Assembly (NCBI GenBank): GCA_009103225.1
Contig: RHPI01000810.1
Coordinates: 310,001-374,000 of the forward strand
Length of the DNA: 64,000 bases
Direction: 5' to 3'
Source: Chlorokybus atmophyticus
Lineage: Eukaryota; Plantae; Mesostigma and Chlorokybus algae
Shown piece by piece: positions 1 through 13,552 of this stretch; the stretch's first letter is position 1, and each line of letters begins with the position of its first letter. Made by a program: the position numbers and the translations under genes. The notes beneath the pieces were generated by a model. It saw only the letters and a list, made by a program, of their open reading frames with translations. It made no database searches and was not told the origin of the DNA.

Positions 1-455
1 ATGCACGTGCACCGCATAATTGATCTAGTGGAGTTGGAACAGGGAGGGCACGACAAGGTTATGCATGTGTACATATGTCACCATTTATACTTCACCACTA
101 TTACAATCAGATCAGGTTGCATATTGTTTACGTACACCAACCGAATGGTGACTACATCTTAGATAATGAACCATCGTGAAAATGACTAATACCTATGTAG
201 TAGGCACGCTTGCATTGCTTACGACACGGCACACATAACGCAAAGAAGTGCGTTATCAATTGCTTTGATATGCTACGCTGCAAGTTGTGCATAGAATGAG
301 GTTGGTTTGTGCTGCGTGCATGCAGCTCCTTGCCATAGCAGTAATGTACCTACCAACACCACATAGGCAAGTTGTGGTAATGGCCATGCTGCATTCAATA
401 ATATTATCAATGCCAATGCTCAATAATTTCCCATATGATCAGTCATTGACAAGCA

Positions 456-2136
456 CTACTTGTAGTATGCTGCTACCGTTCTGCGTGCAAATTCACCAAA
501 AGTCATTCCCGGCGTCCACTGACCAACACCTGTGTCCCCTACGGACATACCATCTGGCACATCCAGCAACTCATCCCATTGCGGCTGCATGAACACGGCG
601 AAAGTGTTCCGCCCTATCAAGTGCGCACATTCGCCTCGTGCTGCACGCACACAATGCGGTGTGGCCCTAAGCACGCCACCCGAGTGTATCTGCATGGCTT
701 CGCCCACTTGGAACGCGATGTGGTCTGATGGTATAGCCCCCTTGACCACACTGCCACCCCGCGTGCGTATGTACAGACCAGCTCTTGGGTCTGGGCACGT
801 GACCTCCTCATCGCCACAAATGTACATTGCGCTGGTCAGACCGGTCAAAGAGCCGTGGTCCATGTGCCAACCGCACCACGATTGCATGTCGCTTGCGGCG
901 TCATCACCATTGCTTGAGGTAATCTCCGCAGTTGGAAAGTAATGCAAGAGCCTGGCTTTTGTGCAGCGAGAGCGGGATATAACGCTTTGAAGCCGCTGTG
1001 TGGAGCTGGCTTGCTGGCTCTGTGATGCGACATAATCGTCGCAATGCTTTGCCACCAACAGTCCGACTTCAACAATCAACTTTCCCAAAGACTTCAAGGC
1101 CGGAGAAAGTTGCGGTAAATGCTTGTCGGGCCATATGTTTGGCCTGCCAGCAGCAATATCTGCTTAGACTTCGAGCGCTCTGCTCAGTCAACAGCAGGCC
1201 TACTAAGTAACAAGACAGAACTCTCATGCTGTTGCTGTGTGACACAAACAGTACCTGCAGTAGTGAGGGTACTGCACTACAAGCTGCTGGTCTGTCGTTG
1301 GAACATCATACTGCGGGTTTGCGTAAAATGAACCTTTCAACCGATCTGCACATGACAATGTCACCGAGTGTTAGTGAACGCAGACGCAACTCACACACAA
1401 ACAACACATCAAGTGAGCACGCGCATAGCAGTATAACAGGTATTGAAATTCCTGACCTGGTCGGCCGTTCGCAAGGCTCTCCTTCCCATGGCTCCACCCG
1501 ACGTTGTATGTGGACGCAGGGTCTTCGAGCTCTTTCAGCGACGTCTCCGGCAGAGCGGCAAGGCGCTGTGCAAGGGGAAGCAGCTCGCACCGCCGCTGCG
1601 CGTAGCCGGGAACGCCCGACACTGTCAGAATGCCAAAGCCGCCGCTCCCGTACGCCTCTGCTATCTTGTTTGCTAGACGCCCAGGCTCTTCCTACAAGCA
1701 ACACGCATGTATGAACCACCTGATGACACACAGATATTGACAATTGCACATTGGACTGAATTTCCACAAGTAGTGAAGTAGATTCGCTTTACAAAATCCC
1801 AAGTGCAGACTTCGCGATGCATGTGACATGCAGCTTCGTAGTAGTTGGTACTGACTTGCTGAATCGCAGAATGGAAAGTGCATGCATACACACTAGACTA
1901 CGACGTTGACAAGACTGTACTTGTGAGCTGTTATCTGCTGTCCGGTATTGCCAGTCAACCTTCCACGAGTACAGCTGTAATGGTAATGGCGAAGTGGTTA
2001 CAGTGCACAACTCATCCCAGCAAGGCAATGCCAAGCGCATATAGCACGGTCCAAGTACCAGCAGCTCCTGGTACGCGACGCTGACAAGGGCAGGGGCGTC
2101 CACCAGGCCAGCAGCCTCAGCAGCCTCTGCTGTCAT
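456..2136 (-). CDS. 2-oxoglutarate/Fe(II)-dependent oxygenase (plant isopenicillin-N-synthase-like family), multi-exon
   Basis: Exons read MTAEAAEAAGLVDAPALVSVAYQEL (ATG 2136), GVPGYAQRRCELLPLAQRLAALPETSLKELEDPASTYNVGWSHGKE and WCGWHMDHGSLTGLT...ATPHCVRA...RNTFAVFMQP...FGEFARRTVAAYYK*. HxD...H facial triad present. Internal exon boundaries not all resolved. Confidence 0.85.
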
Positions 2137-2294
2137 GAATTAACCGCATGCAAAGCATCAACCACGTCAACGACGTACTCAGGCCCAAATCAGCTCCAGC
2201 ACAGCCCGCCACCAGCGGCAACGCCGCCACTAGCACCGCCGCCGCCGCCGCCGCTGCCGCCTGTCTTACCCAAAAGCAAACTGCAGCTGCACTG

Positions 2295-2315
2295 TTTAGG
2301 GTTTTGGCGCCAAAA
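2295..2315. promoter_or_regulatory. Telo-box (TTTAGGGTTT) overlapping a palindromic E2F-type site (TTTTGGCGCCAAAA) in a 297-bp divergent promoter
   Basis: Sequence tttagggttttggcgccaaaa lies between the divergent ATGs at 2136 (-) and 2434 (+). Confidence 0.6.
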
Positions 2316-2433
2316 TGCTGTGCAAAGATTTGAGGCTCACAACGGTTTGGGCCTGGCTTGGACGGCGGCAACGGCGACGGCGTGGTGGAGGTGGTCGCTG
2401 TTGCCGTCGCCGTGAGGGGGTAATCTAACAGCT

Positions 2434-4600
2434 ATGGAGAGTGGTAATTTACCTCCGCCATACGTGTCCGGGCGGCGGAGGGAGTCGTCACCCTCCGCCG
2501 CAGCGACAAGGACCACGGAGGTGAGAAGTGGTGGTGCTGCAGGGCCCAGGCGGGAATATGGGGATGGGACCCTGAGAGAGCTTGCTGGTGGGAGCATTGC
2601 TTCTACAACAGCAGCTGTCACCGGGAGCTGGAAGTTGGGTGATGACGACGACGATGACGACGACCACATTGCTTTGGCGACGCTGCGCTCCTCCTTCGAC
2701 CGTCACAGCTGGCGCTCCAGCGCTTCGTCTGCTCCGCCTTCTTCTTCCTGTTCTTCGCCTCCTGCCAGCTTGCAGACTCGCAGGGACAGCTTCAGCTTCA
2801 GCAGCTACGCCAGTGTCAACAACGAGCCACTGCAGTTGCTGACACCTCCGCACACTCACTACGCACAGTCTAGCTCCCATCTTGCTCGAAAAGGGCGGCG
2901 GAACAGTGACGAGCAAGCCAGCCCAGCCAGCAGCCAGCAGCGCAGCGGTGTGGAACTCAAGCCAGCGCCTCCGCCGCCGCCACTGCGCTGCGCCGATCAG
3001 CAGCACAGTCGCAGCAATGATGCTGAAGGCATTGCACCCCCGAGTGTGGCGGAGCCTTCAGCAGCCGCCTTCAGATCAATTGCGGGAGAGTGGTCTGCGC
3101 CCCCCGCGCTGAGCCTTATCTTCCAGCAGCAGCAACAGCTCATGCTTCTTCAACAGCAGGTGCGCACCTCACACTTGCTGCATTGATCATCTTTCGCATG
3201 CAGGTTGCATGCATGTATTGCTCGTCGAGTGTTGTACGCCAATGTCCACAGCTTCGTGGTAGTCTGATGCTGTCGCGTGTACCTTGCAGGTACAGTTGCT
3301 GCAGCAGAGCTACCAGATGCCGCAGCACCAGCCACCAGTCTTGCCACCTCCCCCTAAGCCGCAGATGGTATCCATTGGCGTGAACACGTCGTTCCCCTGG
3401 CCAGCCACCGTGCCTGCTGCTTCAGACCATGTGCAACATACCTGCATGTCGAGCACCACCACCACAGCACGTATCACGAGCAAGTCTTTTGTAGACAGCT
3501 CGTCGCAGACAAGCGATGATGTAGAGGCGCATCCGCCCCACACGCGATTCCAGCAGCTAAGCATACGTGCAGCCGAGCCAACCCACAGCGAACGCAGCGT
3601 CTCAGTGGCTTCATCTTCTCCAAGATCGATGATATCATCAGGGCGGTTTTCGTCCAGTAGCAGCAGCAGCAGCGGTGGGGGCAGCGTCTTGCAGGAGGCG
3701 ACGTACAAGCAGCTGCATCTTCGGAGCTGGCATGACACACTGGCGGACTATCAACTGCAGAGACTGTCTCTGGAACCGGCATTGAAGCCGGCAGCAACCA
3801 CATTGCCACCATTGCAGGAGAGCCGACAGTTGCCTCACAAAGCACGTGCAGATGTCCCTCGCATCGTGTATGTTCCAATATCAGACAGCAGCTCAGACTC
3901 AGATGATGAGGTTAGCAATGTCATCTGTGTTTTTGAATTTGCCCAATGCATCATGGCGAGCACTTGCGTTGTGACAAGCAACAGCATTGTAGAGACATGT
4001 TGTACTTGATATGCGTGCGTTACATGCGCTGAATGTACTTGCTGCCTCTGTTGACAACAACTATTGCTTAGGACATACGACTACGCGACAAGTACTTGCG
4101 AGGAACGGGTTGGTCGACCGGTGTAGCGGTATGCACTGATATTCCGGTTGCCAATGGCATCAGGTGTTGTCTGCATGACCATCATATGCAGCATGTTGTG
4201 GTATGCGTATCTATAAGACTGCACTCAAGTCAACTACGCTGTTGTTTCACTGCAGCAGCTCATACAACACTCATTACTCCGCAGACCGACACCGACAATG
4301 GCAGCCAGGTAGTGAACAGACCACCGGCCCCAAAGCACAGGTTGGGTTGCAATCTCTCTGTTATGCTGCATGCATGCATGCTGCGCTCTGTGACAGAGTA
4401 TCTGAAACTGGATGTAAGCAGACACCACAAGCGGCGAGGTGCTTGACAGCACGACAAGGGGTAGGACACAGACGATGGTGGAGAGTTTCTGCAGTCTCTC
4501 ACATCTGCGCTCGCGCACACACCGTCCGCGCGCAACAGCATTGCGTACGCTTCGAGCAGTTCCTCCAACAGGTAAAGCTTTGAAGTGCTTTTGGTCAAGA
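2434..4600 (+). CDS. Hypothetical Ser/Pro/Gln-rich low-complexity protein, multi-exon; 3' end uncertain
   Basis: Long ORFs 2434-3186 and 3284-3910 with plausible GT..AG junctions (e.g. GATGAG|gttagc at about 3910) and further small exons at about 4072-4570. No recognisable domain. Its 3' part lies inside the tandem repeat unit. Confidence 0.5.
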
Positions 4601-5492
4601 TGTTTTGCAACTGTTGCTCTGGTAACCAGCATCATGGTAAGTTGCTGACGCTGACAGGTTCACAACCAAGTTCCGGTGCAGCATTGGGTGTAAGAGAGCA
4701 AAGCAGTAGCGGGCACAATCAGCAAGAAGTTTGAAGGTGGTTGCACTGGGGTGATCGTAGATCATCCAGCAAGTGCAAGATACAGAGATGCTGTTGCAGG
4801 ATCGCGCACGCTAGCAACCAAAGCACAAAATTACATAATTTGTAATTACTTAATAATAATACTCATCTCCGTCGGGAATTGCTGGACTAGTGTGGCAGAT
4901 GTGGAAGAGGGGGTGGAGATCATTTTCAATTGTTAGTTTCAGTTTGCACGTTACTAGGAATCCTGTGTGAGTTTTGCTAAGGTGAGGGGCCAAATTTCAC
5001 AGCTGGATGTGGTGAGTGGGTGCTTCTGTATGATGCAATTTCAATAGACAAGTTCCACGAAAGCGAGTGTTCATGTGCAGATGAAAAGCGCGTGTGGCGC
5101 ATGCATGCGTAGTTGACTCCGAGTGAGTATATCACCACCTACTCGATGGTGCAGCTATGGTGCAGACACTGAGTGTGGAAGTTCATGGAAGCGGTTGGGC
5201 AAGGAAAGGTGCGCGAGAATACAGTTCATAACCAGAGCTGCAAGCTCGGCACAGTGGTCCGATGCAGCCGCAAGTGGCCCGTGTGGCCCATTGTCCAATA
5301 CACAAGCGCAACATGTCAATAAAGTCCGTCACACACAAGGCATTGCCCACGTGTTGCGACAACAAGTGTCAAAGCTGTGCACGGCAGTGCACGAACAAAG
5401 CTACTTGATACACATATCTCAAACCTGGCTTGCTTACTGAAAAAATAACCCGTACACCAAACTATTGTTTGAAAACATATCAACATGTCAAC

Positions 5493-8394
5493 TCAACTAT
5501 CTACCACCAACACCTCCGCACCCACACCTGCACCCACTCCAACATCCTCCCCCTTCCCTCCGTCCACCACCAGCTGCTGTTCCATCCTCTCCCTAACACC
5601 CTCCACCTTCTCCCTCACAACCTCAACCTCAACCCCTTCCCCATGCACCCCCTCCTCCCCCTCCTCCTCCCCCTTCCCATCCCCATCCACCAACATTGTC
5701 TGCTTGCTGGCCACGGCCACGGCCACCCTCGCGCGCCTGCGCTCGCGCATGGCACGCTCACGCGTCTCGTAAAAGGCCCAGTCGTCGAGAACGGAGGCGG
5801 AGGCGGGATGGGTGGTGAAGGAGGAGAGGAAAGACAGCGCCTGAGGCCTGGGAACCTCCTGGTGAAGGACAGAGAGGTTGAGAGCGAACAGAGTGATGTG
5901 TTTGTGTGCGCATGCGCATGGACGAGCCGCATGTGCATGCATGCCAAGAGCATATGCATGGGCCTGGGTACGTATTACAATCTGCTGACAGTTGTGTGGT
6001 ACCTGTGTGTCTCTGCTGTTGGTGATGGGTTTGTTGTCATTGTTCTCAAGGGTGATGTGTCGGAACTGCGTGTTGGGCACATCCTTGACGGCGAGCCACT
6101 TGATCGAGAAGTTCCCGCTCCACTTGTCCTGCTGCCAGTGATCCAGACTCTCCTCAAAATTCACCTGCGTGCACATCACCGTAACCAAGCAAGCTCAACA
6201 ACACAACCAACAGACATAAACATGAAGTTGAGTTAAAAGGCGACAACGACAACAACAGCGCAACATCCACACTTACCGCGCTTGTCATTTGTGCCACACC
6301 GCAGAACTGCCCGCTGGCGTTCACAGAGAAGAAGAGTATGACTGGGGGAGGAGCAATCTGTTGCGCTTGCTGGTGGTTGTGTTCGTCTCCTTGCTGTTGT
6401 TGTGGAAGAGGCGGGGTGGACGCGAGCTGACAGGGAGAAACAGGACTGGGAGTAGTTGTATCGACAGTTGTGATAGGAGGCGTAGTAGTAGTAGTAGTAG
6501 TAGTAGTACTATCCTCGGTGGTATCCGGAATGCTGGTTGATGTTGGATCAACGGCACTGATATCGATACCGGCACCAACACCGGCGTTTGCGCAAGCACG
6601 GAAGGCTGCATCGAGGCGGCGGTTGCCTGAGGCCGTGGAGGACCACACACCATACCTGATGCAACGCACGTGCACATGAACACCCATGAACACGCATCAA
6701 TACTTCACTGCAACAACCCACATACACTTACACTCTTACACGCTTGCATGCGCACCCACGCCTGCAGCGTATGCTCGCATGCACGCTTGCATGTCCCAGA
6801 CATGAGCAACTGCATGTGAACTCAACTCCTGATAAGGGCCACTCACTTGATGCTCTTGTGTACGTCATCCTCCGAGTAGCTCTTAATCACAAAGAAGCGT
6901 GCCCCTTCCGGCACAACATCCTCCACATCCTCCTTCTCCCCGGCTCCCGCGCGCATGAGCGGCGAGTCCCACTCCACCGATATCGACGAGGGCGGGGACA
7001 CTCCTGGCCCCGCCGACATCGCCGAGGAGGACCCTGAAGACCCCGAGGATGAGACTGAAGAGGGTGAGAACACATACCCATGTGTGTTGTTGGTACTACT
7101 ATTTCCTCCTCCTCTTTGGCCTTTGCTGCCGGCTCGCCTCGTGCGCGGCGAGAATGCCACGCGCGGGCCGGGTCGGATGCCTGGCGATAAGGGTATGTTG
7201 TTGTGGTGGAAGATGTTGTTGTTGTTGTTGTTGAAGTGGTGGTGGTGGTGTTGGTTGTTGGTTGGGCTTGTGGTGGGAGGGGAGAAGAGGAGGTCCCCCG
7301 CGTGGTAGTGCGTGTGGGTGTGTACGTGCGAGGAGAGGTCCAGCCACGCGGGTCTGTGCTGCTGCGGCCTTGCAATCATGGATGCTGCTGCTTGGTCCTG
7401 CCATGTTGGGTAATGAGCAACATGTTGGGGTGTTGGGAAAGGCAGGACAGGATGGAAGATGTGCTGTGGATGATGATGTTGGCCTGCCTGCTGCATGATG
7501 TGGTGCTGGTGACGTGCATCGTAAGCCGCCGGTATGCCGTTCACCACAGGACTCCCCGTGATGTACTGCGCCCCACCCTGGAGTGTAACACAACAACTCA
7601 CTCATTAGCACACAGACATACACTCATGCACCCGCGCGCGCACCCACATTCAAGTGATAAAGAAGTACAGCATATAGATATGCGTCACTTGCCTGGGGGA
7701 TGGAGCCATGCCCAACTATCGACTGCACATGTGCATCTCCCTTGACGTCGGCGGCATAATTGACACCGCCCTTGTCCAATTGGTGCGCCGGGCCACTGTC
7801 TTGATACACCACTGGCACGGAGAAGGCACATGTGCGTGAGCGTGCCAGTGATGATCACGTCGATACCAAACATGTACCTTGTCATTGTCAACAACACCAA
7901 CTATGTCGTGCCTGAGTGTTGTCCCTTACCTTGGTACATGTAGGGCGCAGGGTAGTAGGTGAGGGAGGGGGAGAGCGGATGATGATGCGGGTGGTGAGGG
8001 TTATGATGATGGTGGTGATGCGAGGCGTGCGGGTGGTAGTACGGTGAGTGGGGGTGGTGAAGGTGCTGCTGCGGGTATGCGTGCTCGGCGTACTGTGATG
8101 CCAAAGGGGGGGGGATGGGGGTTAGTAGACTAGTTGGAATGGACGTAACGCATGAGTGCGTGCAGCCACACAACAATGGTGTCCATGCCACACAAGTACT
8201 GTACCTGCATGGCTCTTGCGAGCTCGCCCGCAGCGTAGTGGTCGCCCCCTACCATGGCACGCTGGTGGTGATTACCTGCACATGCACAATTAGCGTCAGC
8301 ATATGCACTTCGCCCACCAGCATGAGTGCATTGCGCGGTAATGGACTTGCCTGGACTGTACGGGTGGGTGTAGTGCTGCTGCTGCTGCTGGTAG

Positions 8395-8433
<39 letters not shown>

Positions 8434-8805
8434 ATCTGTAGCTGTGGTGGCTGCTGCCGTTGCTGTGGCTGTGGCTGTGGCTGCGGCCGGCAGCCACTTC
8501 TTGGTCTCTCTCCTGCTTTTGCTCCTCCTACTGCTCCTCCTACTGCTCCATCATCCCCGCCAGTACCACTAACCCCTCCCTCGCCGCCATCAACACCAAC
8601 GCTACCGCCCCTAAGAGCCGGTATTGCAGGAGCCTGAACAGGGGGGGCGAGGTGTGTTTGGGGGTAAGAGTCGGTGAGGGTGGAGGGTGGGGTGGGGGTG
8701 GGGGTGGGGGTGGGGGGAATGTTAGGTCATTGTAAAGGGGCTTACCTCCTCACAACTCGCCGGTGGTACAGTAGAGGGCTGATCTTCTTGAGGACCTGTG
8801 CGCAT
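5493..8805 (-). CDS. YTH-domain m6A reader (YTHDF/ECT-like), copy 1, complete
   Basis: Exon 1 MRTGPQEDQPSTVPPASCEE (8805-8746), Q/H/P-rich N-terminus, then ARFFVIKSYSEDDVHKSIK|YGVWSST..., LFFSVNASGQFCGVAQMTSAV|NFEESLDHWQQDKWSGNFSIKWLAVKDVPN...TNSRDTQ|EV. Three cage Trp residues are retained. Confidence 0.92.
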
Positions 8806-10611
8806 GGTGCTGGGCGGTTGCGTAGACACTGCGTGAGCAACCAAGTGAGACACCTTGACACTTGCATGCATGCAAGAATACTACGGCTGTGCAATTATAC
8901 AGTTGGCTGATGACCGTCCTAGGTTGCGGGGAAGGGAAGGGAAGGGAAGGGGGGCACAAAGCACGTGCAGATGTCCCTCGCATCGTGTATGTTCCAATAT
9001 CAGACAGCAGCTCAGACTCAGATGATGAGGTTAGCAATGTCATCTGTGTTTTTGAATTTGCCCAATGCATCATGGCGAGCACTTGCGTTGTGACAAGCAA
9101 CAGCATTGTAGAGACATGTTGTACTTGATATGCGTGCGTTACATGCGCTGAATGTACTTGCTGCCTCTGTTGACAACAACTATTGCTTAGGACATACGAC
9201 TACGCGACAAGTACTTGCGAGGAACGGGTTGGTCGACCGGTGTAGCGGTATGCACTGATATTCCGGTTGCCAATGGCATCAGGTGTTGTCTGCATGACCA
9301 TCATATGCAGCATGTTGTGGTATGCGTATCTATAAGACTGCACTCAAGTCAACTACGCTGTTGTTTCACTGCAGCAGCTCATACAACACTCATTACTCCG
9401 CAGACCGACACCGACAATGGCAGCCAGGTAGTGAACAGACCACCGGCCCCAAAGCACAGGTTGGGTTGCAATCTCTCTGTTATGCTGCATGCATGCATGC
9501 TGCGCTCTGTGACAGAGTATCTGAAACTGGATGTAAGCAGACACCACAAGCGGCGAGGTGCTTGACAGCACGACAAGGGGTAGGACACAGACGATGGTGG
9601 AGAGTTTCTGCAGTCTCTCACATCTGCGCTCGCGCACACACCGTCCGCGCGCAACAGCATTGCGTACGCTTCGAGCAGTTCCTCCAACAGGTAAAGCTTT
9701 GAAGTGCTTTTGGTCAAGATGTTTTGCAACTGTTGCTCTGGTAACCAGCATCATGGTAAGTTGCTGACGCTGACAGGTTCACAACCAAGTTCCGGTGCAG
9801 CATTGGGTGTAAGAGAGCAAAGCAGTAGCGGGCACAATCAGCAAGAAGTTTGAAGGTGGTTGCACTGGGGTGATCGTAGATCATCCAGCAAGTGCAAGAT
9901 ACAGAGATGCTGTTGCAGGATCGCGCACGCTAGCAACCAAAGCACAAAATTACATAATTTGTAATTACTTAATAATAATACTCATCTCCGTCGGGAATTG
10001 CTGGACTAGTGTGGCAGATGTGGAAGAGGGGGTGGAGATCATTTTCAATTGTTAGTTTCAGTTTGCACGTTACTAGGAATCCTGTGTGAGTTTTGCTAAG
10101 GTGAGGGGCCAAATTTCACAGCTGGATGTGGTGAGTGGGTGCTTCTGTATGATGCAATTTCAATAGACAAGTTCCACGAAAGCGAGTGTTCATGTGCAGA
10201 TGAAAAGCGCGTGTGGCGCATGCATGCGTAGTTGACTCCGAGTGAGTATATCACCACCTACTCGATGGTGCAGCTATGGTGCAGACACTGAGTGTGGAAG
10301 TTCATGGAAGCGGTTGGGCAAGGAAAGGTGCGCGAGAATACAGTTCATAACCAGAGCTGCAAGCTCGGCACAGTGGTCCGATGCAGCCGCAAGTGGCCCG
10401 TGTGGCCCATTGTCCAATACACAAGCGCAACATGTCAATAAAGTCCGTCACACACAAGGCATTGCCCACGTGTTGCGACAACAAGTGTCAAAGCTGTGCA
10501 CGGCAGTGCACGAACAAAGCTACTTGATACACATATCTCAAACCTGGCTTGCTTACTGAAAAAATAACCCGTACACCAAACTATTGTTTGAAAACATATC
10601 AACATGTCAAC

Positions 10612-13513
10612 TCAACTATCTACCACCAACACCTCCGCACCCACACCTGCACCCACTCCAACATCCTCCCCCTTCCCTCCGTCCACCACCAGCTGCTGTT
10701 CCATCCTCTCCCTAACACCCTCCACCTTCTCCCTCACAACCTCAACCTCAACCCCTTCCCCATGCACCCCCTCCTCCCCCTCCTCCTCCCCCTTCCCATC
10801 CCCATCCACCAACATTGTCTGCTTGCTGGCCACGGCCACGGCCACCCTCGCGCGCCTGCGCTCGCGCATGGCACGCTCACGCGTCTCGTAAAAGGCCCAG
10901 TCGTCGAGAACGGAGGCGGAGGCGGGATGGGTGGTGAAGGAGGAGAGGAAAGACAGCGCCTGAGGCCTGGGAACCTCCTGGTGAAGGACAGAGAGGTTGA
11001 GAGCGAACAGAGTGATGTGTTTGTGTGCGCATGCGCATGGACGAGCCGCATGTGCATGCATGCCAAGAGCATATGCATGGGCCTGGGTACGTATTACAAT
11101 CTGCTGACAGTTGTGTGGTACCTGTGTGTCTCTGCTGTTGGTGATGGGTTTGTTGTCATTGTTCTCAAGGGTGATGTGTCGGAACTGCGTGTTGGGCACA
11201 TCCTTGACGGCGAGCCACTTGATCGAGAAGTTCCCGCTCCACTTGTCCTGCTGCCAGTGATCCAGACTCTCCTCAAAATTCACCTGCGTGCACATCACCG
11301 TAACCAAGCAAGCTCAACAACACAACCAACAGACATAAACATGAAGTTGAGTTAAAAGGCGACAACGACAACAACAGCGCAACATCCACACTTACCGCGC
11401 TTGTCATTTGTGCCACACCGCAGAACTGCCCGCTGGCGTTCACAGAGAAGAAGAGTATGACTGGGGGAGGAGCAATCTGTTGCGCTTGCTGGTGGTTGTG
11501 TTCGTCTCCTTGCTGTTGTTGTGGAAGAGGCGGGGTGGACGCGAGCTGACAGGGAGAAACAGGACTGGGAGTAGTTGTATCGACAGTTGTGATAGGAGGC
11601 GTAGTAGTAGTAGTAGTAGTAGTAGTACTATCCTCGGTGGTATCCGGAATGCTGGTTGATGTTGGATCAACGGCACTGATATCGATACCGGCACCAACAC
11701 CGGCGTTTGCGCAAGCACGGAAGGCTGCATCGAGGCGGCGGTTGCCTGAGGCCGTGGAGGACCACACACCATACCTGATGCAACGCACGTGCACATGAAC
11801 ACCCATGAACACGCATCAATACTTCACTGCAACAACCCACATACACTTACACTCTTACACGCTTGCATGCGCACCCACGCCTGCAGCGTATGCTCGCATG
11901 CACGCTTGCATGTCCCAGACATGAGCAACTGCATGTGAACTCAACTCCTGATAAGGGCCACTCACTTGATGCTCTTGTGTACGTCATCCTCCGAGTAGCT
12001 CTTAATCACAAAGAAGCGTGCCCCTTCCGGCACAACATCCTCCACATCCTCCTTCTCCCCGGCTCCCGCGCGCATGAGCGGCGAGTCCCACTCCACCGAT
12101 ATCGACGAGGGCGGGGACACTCCTGGCCCCGCCGACATCGCCGAGGAGGACCCTGAAGACCCCGAGGATGAGACTGAAGAGGGTGAGAACACATACCCAT
12201 GTGTGTTGTTGGTACTACTATTTCCTCCTCCTCTTTGGCCTTTGCTGCCGGCTCGCCTCGTGCGCGGCGAGAATGCCACGCGCGGGCCGGGTCGGATGCC
12301 TGGCGATAAGGGTATGTTGTTGTGGTGGAAGATGTTGTTGTTGTTGTTGTTGAAGTGGTGGTGGTGGTGTTGGTTGTTGGTTGGGCTTGTGGTGGGAGGG
12401 GAGAAGAGGAGGTCCCCCGCGTGGTAGTGCGTGTGGGTGTGTACGTGCGAGGAGAGGTCCAGCCACGCGGGTCTGTGCTGCTGCGGCCTTGCAATCATGG
12501 ATGCTGCTGCTTGGTCCTGCCATGTTGGGTAATGAGCAACATGTTGGGGTGTTGGGAAAGGCAGGACAGGATGGAAGATGTGCTGTGGATGATGATGTTG
12601 GCCTGCCTGCTGCATGATGTGGTGCTGGTGACGTGCATCGTAAGCCGCCGGTATGCCGTTCACCACAGGACTCCCCGTGATGTACTGCGCCCCACCCTGG
12701 AGTGTAACACAACAACTCACTCATTAGCACACAGACATACACTCATGCACCCGCGCGCGCACCCACATTCAAGTGATAAAGAAGTACAGCATATAGATAT
12801 GCGTCACTTGCCTGGGGGATGGAGCCATGCCCAACTATCGACTGCACATGTGCATCTCCCTTGACGTCGGCGGCATAATTGACACCGCCCTTGTCCAATT
12901 GGTGCGCCGGGCCACTGTCTTGATACACCACTGGCACGGAGAAGGCACATGTGCGTGAGCGTGCCAGTGATGATCACGTCGATACCAAACATGTACCTTG
13001 TCATTGTCAACAACACCAACTATGTCGTGCCTGAGTGTTGTCCCTTACCTTGGTACATGTAGGGCGCAGGGTAGTAGGTGAGGGAGGGGGAGAGCGGATG
13101 ATGATGCGGGTGGTGAGGGTTATGATGATGGTGGTGATGCGAGGCGTGCGGGTGGTAGTACGGTGAGTGGGGGTGGTGAAGGTGCTGCTGCGGGTATGCG
13201 TGCTCGGCGTACTGTGATGCCAAAGGGGGGGGGATGGGGGTTAGTAGACTAGTTGGAATGGACGTAACGCATGAGTGCGTGCAGCCACACAACAATGGTG
13301 TCCATGCCACACAAGTACTGTACCTGCATGGCTCTTGCGAGCTCGCCCGCAGCGTAGTGGTCGCCCCCTACCATGGCACGCTGGTGGTGATTACCTGCAC
13401 ATGCACAATTAGCGTCAGCATATGCACTTCGCCCACCAGCATGAGTGCATTGCGCGGTAATGGACTTGCCTGGACTGTACGGGTGGGTGTAGTGCTGCTG
13501 CTGCTGCTGGTAG

Positions 13514-13552
<39 letters not shown>

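Noticed and set aside
5430-7745. Long + strand ORFs (268, 180 aa) antisense to the YTH gene, and similar shadow ORFs elsewhere
   Set aside because: Low-complexity mirror frames of GC-rich exons and microsatellite introns with no domain signal.
8490-8555. Apparent TAG-as-Gln recoding (ATG ATG GAG CAG TAG GAG GAG CAG TAG ... on the minus strand of the YTH 5' region)
   Set aside because: Wrong frame. The spliced frame (GDDGAVGGAVGGAKAG...QQQ) is open, long conserved exons (XPOT, FARSA) have no in-frame TAG/TAA, and TAG/TAA end genes at expected positions (oxygenase, GGT, LSM5).
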